Shown here: one piece after another, positions 1 through 8,279 of the stretch
Layout of the letters: each line of letters starts with the position of its first letter
How positions within the stretch are numbered: the stretch's first letter is position 1
IMG/VR virus record: IMGVR_UViG_3300031831_000005
Location: 1 to 38,283 of that record
Source of the DNA: a virus
Lineage: Duplodnaviria; Caudoviricetes
DNA length: 38,283 nucleotides
Direction: 5' to 3' (one strand)
The notes under the pieces: model-generated
Told to the model about the DNA's origin: nothing
The model's database searches: none
The model's input: the letters and a program-made list of their open reading frames with translations, nothing else
Position numbers and translations under genes: made by a program

Positions 1-2
1 TA

Positions 3-575
3 GCCAACCTCAGCGCGGAGGCCCTAGCGGCTGCACGTGATGGGCTCGACCGCAAGATCGATGAGCTGAAGGCGATCCTCGATGACCCGTGGGTCAACGT
101 CATCCGGCTCTGCTCGCTAGCATCGGGTGACAAGGAAGGCTGGAACAATACTGAATGGCAAATTGTCTGGCGTGATACCTCCGCTCGGGCGTTCAGCGCC
201 ACGATCGACGCTCTGGGCAAGGCCGCGACCATGCTTGGCATACCAGTCGAGGAACTCTGGAAATGGGTTCCTGGTGCTAGCGCAGATGAGGTCATCTCCT
301 GGGTCAAGGCCAAGCAAGAGGAAGAGGCCGAAGCCGCAGCCAACGAGGCCGTCAAGACATCGATCCAGATGCAGCAGGCTGGCGTACCGATTGCGCCGGT
401 TCTCACGCAGCAGGCGCTAGCTCCGGGTGGTAGTACACCTGGAGGCGGAGGTGGCTCAGCGCCTGGCACACGCGGTGGTACCAACTCGCCCGACGGCACG
501 CCCGCTAACCGCAATTCCGGTACACGTCCGATCACCAACACCGGGCGTCCAACTCAGGGTCCGGCACGCGCATGA
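3..575 (+). CDS. Portal protein, C-terminal part (SPP1 gp6-like; truncated by window edge)
   Basis: The frame of ORF 231..575 is open back to position 3 and reads ANLSAEALAAARDGLDRK...WQIVWRDTSARAFSATIDALGK...LGIPVEELWKWVPG, typical of actinophage portal C-termini. It precedes the head genes. Confidence 0.85.
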   Translation, partial: ANLSAEALAAARDGLDRKIDELKAILDDPWVNVIRLCSLASGDKEGWNNTEWQIVWRDTSARAFSATIDALGKAATMLGIPVEELWKWVPGASADEVISWVKAKQEEEAEAAANEAVKTSIQMQQAGVPIAPVLTQQALAPGGSTPGGGGGSAPGTRGGTNSPDGTPANRNSGTRPITNTGRPTQGPARA

Positions 576-1489
576 TAGCCCGCCGTAGCGCGATTTCTCG
601 CGCTCTACCTCCGCAGCTAGGACGGGATACCCGCCCAGGGATGGACGCCGCTAGGATCGCGTCCCGGTACGCATACAATGGCACCTTCGACCGGGCGCTC
701 GCTCTCCGCGAGCGCTACCAGGCCGAGCAGTCTGCACTAGGTCATCAGGCAGTTCAGGTTATCCGCAACGTCTGGGACAACAACATTAATCCTGATCCCT
801 TCTCAGAAAGCTGGCCGGATGCCTACCCGCTCCTGCGCCGTATCATTCTTCATCACTACAGGGCGTCGGCAGCTAGCGCTGCCAAGTTCTACAGAGCTAC
901 CTCTGCCGTCCAGGGGCGTGGGGCTATCACGGTCCCGCACGCAGTTGCCGATGTGTCCAGGCTCGATGGGGTTTCAGATGCAGTTGCTAACGGTGCCTTC
1001 TACCATCAGCTCAGGAAGCAACAACGTGAGCCGGGCGATGCTTCCCTGATTGCCCGTAACTCGATGTCCGGTGCCGGAGCGCGTTTTGCGCTAATGGGAG
1101 GCCGTAATACGGTCATGCAGATGACGGCCATGGACCCGCAGGCAACAGGATGGGAGCGTATAACAGAACCTGATGCCTGCGCGTTCTGCATGCAGAATGC
1201 TGCCAAGGGGCCGTTCTCCCCGAGCATGCATGATTTCCATCCGCACGATTATTGCAACTGCGTCGCGGTTCCGCTATTCACCGGCCAGAAGCCTGCCAAC
1301 GCGGAGTTGAAAATGCAATGGCAGCAAGTGACGCAGGGTAAAACAGGAGTTGAAGCGAGAGCAGCATGGGAGGAATACAATGCCGCCAACACCGCCACAC
1401 GAGACAGCAGCGGGCAGGGAAGCGGCCCGCAAGAAGGGCGCAGCAATGCCGGCCAAGCCGGGCGGCAAGCCGCGCTACCCAACGCCTAA
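572..1489 (+). CDS. Minor head protein (MuF-like / capsid maturation-type)
   Basis: ATGA overlap with the portal; contains the GWERIT-EPDACAFC...FHPHDYCNCVAVP Cys/His motif typical of this family. Confidence 0.75.
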   Translation: MIARRSAISRALPPQLGRDTRPGMDAARIASRYAYNGTFDRALALRERYQAEQSALGHQAVQVIRNVWDNNINPDPFSESWPDAYPLLRRIILHHYRASAASAAKFYRATSAVQGRGAITVPHAVADVSRLDGVSDAVANGAFYHQLRKQQREPGDASLIARNSMSGAGARFALMGGRNTVMQMTAMDPQATGWERITEPDACAFCMQNAAKGPFSPSMHDFHPHDYCNCVAVPLFTGQKPANAELKMQWQQVTQGKTGVEARAAWEEYNAANTATRDSSGQGSGPQEGRSNAGQAGRQAALPNA

Positions 1490-1652
1490 CGTAACATACC
1501 TCAAGAAGGCGATCCGCGCCGTCGGGCGAGCACGCCCAAATACGCCAGCCGAGCACGCCAAGGTACGCCGCTATCTCATGCGGCGCGCCAGCGCTCTTGG
1601 CGCGTCTCATCTCATACCGCCGTCATGGAAATCATCAGGAGGCAAAGGCTAA
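1380..1652 (+). CDS. Small basic head-region protein (YP..YLKKAIRAVGRA...LIPPSW type)
   Basis: ATG at 1380 preceded by GGGAGGA; the stop overlaps the next ATG (TAATG); the motif recalls a domain recurrent in phage head-region proteins. Confidence 0.6.
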   Translation: MPPTPPHETAAGREAARKKGAAMPAKPGGKPRYPTPNVTYLKKAIRAVGRARPNTPAEHAKVRRYLMRRASALGASHLIPPSWKSSGGKG

Positions 1653-1915
1653 TGCCTGCAAAACCCAAAGCACCGGCTCCCGGTACCGACTACATCTACC
1701 AGCCAGCACACGGCAACGGCTACGGGCAGAACGCTCGTGGAGAAGTGCTCACCGCGGAGATGACCGAGCTGGACCTCAAGCCCGGCACACCCGTCACCGT
1801 ACATGAGATCGACCCAGAGGGCTGGGTCATTGTCGACTGGGTTGACGACGTCAGCATCGGCCGCCTTACGGCAGTCGAGCCAGTCGAGTTCGACGCCGAT
1901 TTCACACCGGCCTGA
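1652..1915 (+). CDS. Hypothetical acidic protein (87 aa)
   Basis: AGGAGG upstream, TAATG coupling, high GC3 codon use. Confidence 0.65.
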   Translation: MPAKPKAPAPGTDYIYQPAHGNGYGQNARGEVLTAEMTELDLKPGTPVTVHEIDPEGWVIVDWVDDVSIGRLTAVEPVEFDADFTPA

Positions 1916-1934
1916 CTACACCACAGGAGTCACC

Positions 1935-2399
1935 ATGCCACTGCTTTCAGCAGGACAGATGTTCCAGACCGCTCAGCAGCAAGCTATCAACGCGGTCACC
2001 CTCAAGACTCAGAGTCCGGTGGCTGCAGCGACCTACATGGCGCTCAGCACCGCCGCCGCATCAGGTGTTCTCGACTCAACCGCTCTCACGATGGCAGCCG
2101 CGAGCATCAACGAGTACGCGACCGCATCAGGATACGCCCGGCAGGCCTACGGCCCGACCGCAGGGACCGCCGCGAGTCCATCCCAAATCTGGAATACGTC
2201 GCAGATTACCTGGGGTCCATTCACATCGGCTCCGGGCACCGCTATCTGGGGCATACTGACTACCGCAGCCAGCGGTACCGGCGTGGCTCCGCTCCTGGCA
2301 TTCCTGCTGGCTTCCTCGCGGACGCCCGCGATCGGAGACAGCTTGCAGGCTGCTGCAGGTACGGGCTCTGCCGGAGTCGGCTTCATTTGCCAAGTGTAG
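1935..2399 (+). CDS. Putative virion fibre/appendage-associated protein (Gp80-like 'tail fibre' family)
   Basis: AGGAG RBS before ATG 1935; pattern TYMALST...EYATASGYARQ...NTSQITW...WGILTTAASG...SRTPAIGDSLQ recalls this small beta-rich virion family. Confidence 0.6.
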   Translation: MPLLSAGQMFQTAQQQAINAVTLKTQSPVAAATYMALSTAAASGVLDSTALTMAAASINEYATASGYARQAYGPTAGTAASPSQIWNTSQITWGPFTSAPGTAIWGILTTAASGTGVAPLLAFLLASSRTPAIGDSLQAAAGTGSAGVGFICQV

Positions 2400-2409
2400 C
2401 AGGCGTGAA

Positions 2410-2700
2410 ATGGCACTGCTGGAGATCAGCGTCGCAATAGCGGACCTACGCATTGCACGGATGCATCCGTGTGCTGCGGTCGTCGACGCTACAGGCACAC
2501 TTTGCGGCGCTACTCCGGCGAGCCTCTACCGGCGTACATGTGGCGTCGCTAGCCACGACGATAATACCTGGCTTTGCCCAGTGCACGCGGGGATGGTGGC
2601 GACCGGGATGGCGATTTGCCGTCGATGCGCCGATCGTGGCGGCGTAATAGGTATCGCCACGATTGAGCGGCTAACAGAGCCAATCAGGATATCTCAATGA
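2410..2700 (+). CDS. Cys/His-rich putative zinc-binding protein
   Basis: Several Cys/His groups (C..H, LCPVH, CRRC); coupled to the next gene by ATGA. Confidence 0.55.
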   Translation: MALLEISVAIADLRIARMHPCAAVVDATGTLCGATPASLYRRTCGVASHDDNTWLCPVHAGMVATGMAICRRCADRGGVIGIATIERLTEPIRISQ

Positions 2701-3407
2701 CATACACCGCTGTCGGGAGCCTGACGGGCGCATCCGTGAATGGGGCGCTGACCACGTTCTCGCTGACTACCGGCAGCGCCGCATCAGGCGAGTTCGTGCT
2801 GTGCGAGGTCATCGATTTCGGCGGCAGCCGCACCGCGACGGGCCTGTCATCCTCGAACGCCACCTGGGCGAAACTGGGCAGCGCGGCAGCAACCACGGCC
2901 GGGCCGGTGCATGCGCAGGTATTCATCGGAACTGTCACCGCCGCGTCGACGGCGACGGTGACGATCACCTGGGGCGCGGGCGCCACCGGCTCATTTGAGG
3001 GCTGCGCGTTTCAGGAGTTCAGCTCAACCACCGGTGTTCCGGTGCTGGACAAGCAGGGCACCCTTGACAGCACGGGGACCAGTAACTGGGTGTCGCTGAC
3101 CCCCGCGGTGTCCGGGGAACTGTATTTCGGGTACGCCGTGAACACGGCGTCGGCGATGTCGGGTTCCACATCGGGTTACGTCTACAACGCCAACGTTGAC
3201 GGCGGCCTTAACGGCGGCGCGTACAACCTGAACTGCGCAGGCGGCACGGCGACCGCCCCGGTGTGGGGTGACAGCACCGAGCAGGCCGGGATCATGGTCC
3301 TGGTCATGCCGGCCGCCGCCCCGGCAGCCAAAATACCGCAGCAGCTAGCAATTCGCAGTCTACAGCCACAATCAACATTCTCAGGAAGTACTGTTTACGG
3401 GAGGTAA
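2697..3407 (+). CDS. Putative virion surface/fibre protein, Ser/Thr/Gly/Ala-rich beta domain
   Basis: 236-aa ORF with strong GC3 bias and beta-sandwich-like composition, in the virion operon. Confidence 0.55.
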   Translation: MTYTAVGSLTGASVNGALTTFSLTTGSAASGEFVLCEVIDFGGSRTATGLSSSNATWAKLGSAAATTAGPVHAQVFIGTVTAASTATVTITWGAGATGSFEGCAFQEFSSTTGVPVLDKQGTLDSTGTSNWVSLTPAVSGELYFGYAVNTASAMSGSTSGYVYNANVDGGLNGGAYNLNCAGGTATAPVWGDSTEQAGIMVLVMPAAAPAAKIPQQLAIRSLQPQSTFSGSTVYGR

Positions 3408-3409
3408 AC

Positions 3410-3913
3410 ATGGCGGAATACGCAATTGGCCCGCGCGGTACCACAACGCCATTTATGCCGACAGTAGTTGCCCTAGTCGGCGGTACTGTCAAGACAGTTG
3501 TGCAGGTGGCTACGCCGGCAACAACGGATATACGCATTCTAGGATGGGGAGTCTCATTCGACGGTGCATCCGGCACCGCGGTACCAGTTATCTGCCAGCT
3601 GGCGGATGGTGACGTTGCGGCTACCGTTACCGCATTTACCCCAGAGCTATGGGGCAATACCCAGCAGCCAGCCTCACTCTGTGTAGGCGGTACAGCCGCT
3701 ACCGGCTTCAACGCATCGGTAGAGGGCACAATGACCACCATCCGGCAAGTTGACGCGGAACATGTTCATCCGCAGGCCGGGTACGGAGTATGGTATCAGG
3801 AGGGCGATAAGCAGTCTCGGGTCACAGTGTCACGTTTTCTCCGGATACGGTGCCTGGCTCCGGCTGCAGTTAATGTCATTCCATGGATAGTGTGGCAGGA
3901 GCCCGCTCTGTAG
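3410..3913 (+). CDS. Hypothetical virion-associated protein
   Basis: GGAGG RBS; 167 aa; tightly packed in the operon. Confidence 0.6.
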   Translation: MAEYAIGPRGTTTPFMPTVVALVGGTVKTVVQVATPATTDIRILGWGVSFDGASGTAVPVICQLADGDVAATVTAFTPELWGNTQQPASLCVGGTAATGFNASVEGTMTTIRQVDAEHVHPQAGYGVWYQEGDKQSRVTVSRFLRIRCLAPAAVNVIPWIVWQEPAL

Positions 3914-3937
3914 TATGTAGCGCGAAAGGCCGGGAAG

Positions 3938-5806
3938 ATGCCGCGTAGCGGGAATGTATGGTATGGTCCGGGTATCCCGGTAATACCTGCGCCCGTTGCT
4001 GGAGTCATCTATGGCGTATCTGGCCTGGCTGATAATACTGGCACTATGTCAGGTAATGGTACGCTCGGCTTGAACGCTGTACTAGCTGGGTCATCCGTGA
4101 CGGCTTCATCTGCGACCGGCGCGGTAACCCTGACAATGAACGTCGCTGGTTCATCATCTACTGCATCGACGGCCAACGGCGCGATAACTGCTACCGGCGT
4201 CATCTCAGGTTCCTCATCGTCGGCTTCGTCGGCCAACGGTACTATCTTCATGACTGCGATCGTCGCGGGTAGCTCTGCGACGGCAAGCTCGGCGAATGGC
4301 GCGATAGGCACTGTATCACCAATAGCCGGTAGCTCGGCCACAGCGTCCGGGGCCAACGGTACGATTGTACAAACGCTACGCATTGCTGGCTCGTCGGCGT
4401 CGGCTTCCGCCGCGAACGGTACCCTATCCCTGAACGCTACCCTGGCGGGTAGCTCGGCTACAGCCTCTAGCGCTTCCGGTAGCGTTGTCACCCTCATGAC
4501 GCTGGCAGGGTCCTCGGCTACCGCGTCGGCGACCAACGGGGCAATAGCCCTTATAGGTGCAGTATCTGGATCGTCGGCTACGCAGAGCGCGGGCAACGGA
4601 GCTATTAGCCTGATAACCGGCGGTGTTGTCTATGGTATAGCCGGCTCATCTGCTACAGCTAGCTCAGCAAGCGGCGCGATCGGTCAGGCTAGCCCGATAG
4701 TGGGCTCATCATCTACCGCGTCCGGAGCAAGCGGAGCAATAGTACAGACTCTGGTCATTGCTGGCTCGTCAGCAACTCAATCCTCGGCAAGTGGTGCAAT
4801 TGGGCAAGTAAGTCCGCTAGCGGGTTCAAGCGCTACGGTTAGTGCCGCAAACGGCGCAATTGTACAGACCATGGTGGTCGCGGGCTCGTCGGCGACGGTC
4901 AGCTCTGCTAACGGCTCATTGTCGCGGGTTACCCCTCTGGCCGGGTCGAGTGCTACAGCGAGCGCCGGTAACGGCGCTGTAACAATTGTATCTGGTCCTG
5001 TCACGTATCAGGTTGCTGGCTCATCATCGACGGCTAGCGCGGCGAACGGCGCCATTGTTCAGACTATGGTATTGTCCGGGTCGAGCGCCACTGTTAGCAG
5101 CGCTAACGGCACGCTTGGCCTCAAGAGTGTAATCGCCGGCTCATCCGCGACGGCAAGTGCCGGTAACGGTGCGATCGTCATGACGCTGATTGTAGCCGGT
5201 AGTTCTGCAACCTCGAGTTCTACAACCGGCGCGATCGGCAGGTTTACCCCTCTGGCCGGTAGCTCTGCGACGCCAAGCGCGGGTAACGGCGCGATCAGCA
5301 TACTGGTTGGAGTTGTTACCTGGCCGGTCGCCGGATCGTCGTCGACGCAATCCGGAGGATCAGGCTCGCTGTCGATTGCCGGGGGACTAGCCGGGTACTC
5401 GTCAACTCAGTCTGGCGGCTCTGGCAACGTTGTTCTCCGGATGTCGGTCGCTGCGGTATCTACAACTGTAAGCTCTGGCTCTGGTGCGCTTGGTATCAAG
5501 GGCATGATATCTGGCGTATCAGTTACTGTGTCTTCGGCTGCAGGCAACATCGGCTTGGTACTGACCATAGCCGGGTATTCTGCTACGGTAAGCCACGCAG
5601 ATGGCTGGATTGGGCCTCCATTCTTTGCTGGCGCACTTCCGCCGGAACTTACGGCTATTGTATATGTTAGCAATGCCCTCGACGCGGATGTAATTATCGA
5701 CAGCATTATTGTAGCTGTTACGGTCGATACTCCGGGCGCTATAATCTCCGTAGACTCGCGTGATGCTACTGTAAGCACTGACAAGATTACCGCAGAGGTG
5801 ACTTAA
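3938..5806 (+). CDS. Repeat-rich putative fibre protein (~25 x 20-aa repeats)
   Basis: 622 aa of tandem units such as IVAGSSATASSANGAIGTVS; TAATG coupling to the next gene. Confidence 0.75.
   Translation: MPRSGNVWYGPGIPVIPAPVAGVIYGVSGLADNTGTMSGNGTLGLNAVLAGSSVTASSATGAVTLTMNVAGSSSTASTANGAITATGVISGSSSSASSANGTIFMTAIVAGSSATASSANGAIGTVSPIAGSSATASGANGTIVQTLRIAGSSASASAANGTLSLNATLAGSSATASSASGSVVTLMTLAGSSATASATNGAIALIGAVSGSSATQSAGNGAISLITGGVVYGIAGSSATASSASGAIGQASPIVGSSSTASGASGAIVQTLVIAGSSATQSSASGAIGQVSPLAGSSATVSAANGAIVQTMVVAGSSATVSSANGSLSRVTPLAGSSATASAGNGAVTIVSGPVTYQVAGSSSTASAANGAIVQTMVLSGSSATVSSANGTLGLKSVIAGSSATASAGNGAIVMTLIVAGSSATSSSTTGAIGRFTPLAGSSATPSAGNGAISILVGVVTWPVAGSSSTQSGGSGSLSIAGGLAGYSSTQSGGSGNVVLRMSVAAVSTTVSSGSGALGIKGMISGVSVTVSSAAGNIGLVLTIAGYSATVSHADGWIGPPFFAGALPPELTAIVYVSNALDADVIIDSIIVAVTVDTPGAIISVDSRDATVSTDKITAEVT
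4079..5615 (+). repeat. Degenerate 60-bp (20-aa) tandem coding repeat
   Basis: Consensus x-[ILV]-A-G-S-S-A-T-x-S-x-A-N-G-A-[IL]-x4, about 25 units; three units carry a 5-aa insert. Ends approximate. Confidence 0.85.
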
Positions 5807-6129
5807 TGGACATGACAGCCCTGTTCTTTCCCCAGAACAATGATATCGTAGTCACGGCTAAGTTCCCTGATATTACAACCGGTGCCGGCATCACGACGAA
5901 GTTCTGGCGCAAGAATGACAAGAATACGCCAGATAGTGACCCATCGAGCAAGTCATATACTGGCACAGCTTTGTCGCAGGGGACAGACAGTCTATGGTTT
6001 TCTCAATTCACTATACCTTCAGTAGACAACTCTTCGCCGGGTATGTACTGGTGGCGAGTCGATGCTGTCGATGCAACCAATAAGCGCAGGACTGCGCAAT
6101 CCGGTCCACTTCTGGTAGAGGCGGTGTGA
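5806..6129 (+). CDS. Small beta-sandwich virion protein (BppU N-terminal/Ig-like)
   Basis: Pattern FPQNNDIVV...YWWRVDAVD...RRTAQSGPLLV resembles BppU-N-like adaptors. Confidence 0.5.
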   Translation: MDMTALFFPQNNDIVVTAKFPDITTGAGITTKFWRKNDKNTPDSDPSSKSYTGTALSQGTDSLWFSQFTIPSVDNSSPGMYWWRVDAVDATNKRRTAQSGPLLVEAV

Positions 6130-6130
6130 C

Positions 6131-6445
6131 ATGGTAGCTGGTCAGAAGGTGACGCCATCAGATGAGGCGTCGACAGAGCGGCTCATGCGCTACTGGGCAG
6201 AGGGCGCGGGGGCGGCGAAGATCAACTGGGGAGTAGATGGCGACTTCGATCGCTGCCGTGCACACCTAGGTAAGTACGTCGGCGCAGGTCAGCTCGATGG
6301 GCTCTGCGCTAATCTACATAAGCGTGCCACAGGGGCCTGGCCGGGCCATGCCCCAGGAGAGTCTAAGTTACCCGTCAGTAACGTCAACCCTGACCGGGAC
6401 TTCCCCTACGAGGCCGGATCAGGTATTATACCCCGAAGGGAATGA
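6131..6445 (+). CDS. Hypothetical head-region protein
   Basis: RLMRYW..GAGAAKINWG..GDFDRC..HLGKY...GLCANLH..ATG.WPG, a motif I recall from actinophage head regions. Confidence 0.6.
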   Translation: MVAGQKVTPSDEASTERLMRYWAEGAGAAKINWGVDGDFDRCRAHLGKYVGAGQLDGLCANLHKRATGAWPGHAPGESKLPVSNVNPDRDFPYEAGSGIIPRRE

Positions 6446-6452
6446 GAGGGAA

Positions 6453-7067
6453 ATGAGCGATTCTGTACCCGAGACTGGTGGCGATACCGGAGAGGTCGTC
6501 GATGCCAGTGCTGCCGCGCTCGCAACAGAAGATCAGGAAGCTGAAGAGCAGCTGCATGATATTATGCAGCAGGAGGACCCTGACGAGCTGAAGCGACAGG
6601 TAGACCACTGGAAGAAAGCGGCCCAGCGGCACGAGAGAACCGCACGGGATAACTCTGGTGCAGCCAAGAGGCTGCGCGAGATGGAGGATGCCAACAAGTC
6701 CGAGCTACAGAAGGCTGTCGATGCCCAGCAGGCTGCAGAGCGCGAGCGAGACGCCGTGCGAGGCGACCGGGACCGGATGTTGGCGGCTGCTGCCCATGAT
6801 CTCGATCCTGACTTGATAGACTTCCTGGGAACCGGCACGGAGGAAGATATCAACGCCAGGGCAGAGGTCCTCGCAGGAATAATCACCAAAGCTGCTCAGA
6901 GGCTGGTAGACCAGACGGGACAGCCGAATGGTGCCCGCGCATCTGCAACAGGAGCGCGCGCACGTCCAGTTGCCTCCCTGCGTCCAGGCGCGGCTCCCGC
7001 GTCCCAAGCCCCTAGCAGCAATGAGGAGATGTTCCGGCAGCTAGTCGACAGAAATCGGTCCACCTAG
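6453..7067 (+). CDS. Capsid scaffolding protein
   Basis: Acidic N-terminus, coiled coil with WKKAAQRHE and EDANKSELQK motifs, immediately upstream of the major capsid gene; ATG 6453 after GAGAGGGA. Confidence 0.85.
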   Translation: MSDSVPETGGDTGEVVDASAAALATEDQEAEEQLHDIMQQEDPDELKRQVDHWKKAAQRHERTARDNSGAAKRLREMEDANKSELQKAVDAQQAAERERDAVRGDRDRMLAAAAHDLDPDLIDFLGTGTEEDINARAEVLAGIITKAAQRLVDQTGQPNGARASATGARARPVASLRPGAAPASQAPSSNEEMFRQLVDRNRST

Positions 7068-7112
7068 CGCGGGTCACGCCTGACCGCGTCCGCGCGGAAG
7101 GATAGGGCATTC

Positions 7113-8276
7113 ATGCCAACCTACGGTACTCACATTACGCGGACGACATCCGGTTCTGACCCGCTGGTTCCTGAGCCGCTCGCCACGTCAATTATTCAGG
7201 AGGCTCCAAAGTCCAGTGCGGCTTTGAGCCTCATGCGCCGTGTCCCGCTCTCTGCTAAGACGCAGCGCATGCCCGTCCTCGATGTCCTGCCCGTGGCCTA
7301 CTGGGTCGGTGGCGACGTGGGGATGAAGCAGACCGCGAACCAGGCCTGGAAAAACGTCGTCATGGTCGTCGAGGAACTGGCCTGCATCGTGCCGATCCCC
7401 GAAGCCTACATGGACGACGCGGATGTCCCAATCTGGTCAGAAGTCCAGCCGCGCATCACTGAGGCAGTCGGCGCGCTGATCGACTCGGCGGTACTCTGGG
7501 GCGTCAACAAGCCTGTCACCTGGGGCGAGGCCGTGTTCACCGGCGCTACCAAGAGTGGCCACTGGACCATTGAAGGTACCGGCGTCGACCTCGGCCAGGA
7601 CTTCTCCAACCTTGGCCTCGCCATGGCCCAGAGCGGCTATACCCTCAACGGCTTCGCCGCGATGCCCGGTCTCGGCTGGAAGCTGACCGGGCTCCGGTCG
7701 GCGCAGGGCGTTCCGATCTACCAGCCGGACATGACCGGCTCCCCGACAGGACGCGGGTTGTATGGGTACCCGCTGTCCGAGGTGCAGAACGGCTCCTGGA
7801 ACTTCTCCACGAGCGGCGCGCTCATGCTCGGCGGCGACTGGTCCAAGTCGATCATCGGCATCCGCAATGACATCAGCTTCAAGATGTTCACTGAGGGCGT
7901 CATCTCGGACGACTCCGGCAAGGTCATCCTGAACCTGATGCAGCAGGACTCGGTGGCGATGCGTATGACCATGCGCCTCGCCTACGCGACCGTCAACCCG
8001 GTCACCATCATGCAGCCTGCCTCCGGCATCACCGCGCGGTGGCCGTTCGCTGCAGTCCTGCCGGTCGGTGCGTCGGCTCCCGCTGGTGGCGCGATCTCCG
8101 TCATCCAGGCACCGCCGTATCCGTACACCGGCGCGTTCATGACGTCCGAGCAGGCCGAAGCGGTCGAGGCTGCGGCTGCTGAAGAGGCCAAGGCAGTCGA
8201 GGAAGGTACTGCGGCTGAGGAGAGTTCAGCCAGGGAAGCAGAGCACGCTCGGCGTTCAGCCCGTAAGAGCGAGTAA
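7113..8276 (+). CDS. Major capsid protein (HK97 fold)
   Basis: PLVPEPLATSII...AYWV...EELACIVPIPE...GDWSK...NLMQQDSVAMR; strongly optimised codon use. Confidence 0.92.
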   Translation: MPTYGTHITRTTSGSDPLVPEPLATSIIQEAPKSSAALSLMRRVPLSAKTQRMPVLDVLPVAYWVGGDVGMKQTANQAWKNVVMVVEELACIVPIPEAYMDDADVPIWSEVQPRITEAVGALIDSAVLWGVNKPVTWGEAVFTGATKSGHWTIEGTGVDLGQDFSNLGLAMAQSGYTLNGFAAMPGLGWKLTGLRSAQGVPIYQPDMTGSPTGRGLYGYPLSEVQNGSWNFSTSGALMLGGDWSKSIIGIRNDISFKMFTEGVISDDSGKVILNLMQQDSVAMRMTMRLAYATVNPVTIMQPASGITARWPFAAVLPVGASAPAGGAISVIQAPPYPYTGAFMTSEQAEAVEAAAAEEAKAVEEGTAAEESSAREAEHARRSARKSE

Positions 8277-8279
8277 CCA

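Noticed and set aside
4009-5784. Repetitive minus-strand ORFs opposite the repeat protein
   Set aside because: Shadows of the plus-strand repeat gene.
3938-5806. Ice nucleation protein call
   Set aside because: Period is 20 aa, not 16, and the GYGS/TxT pattern is not conserved; the resemblance is limited to one or two units.
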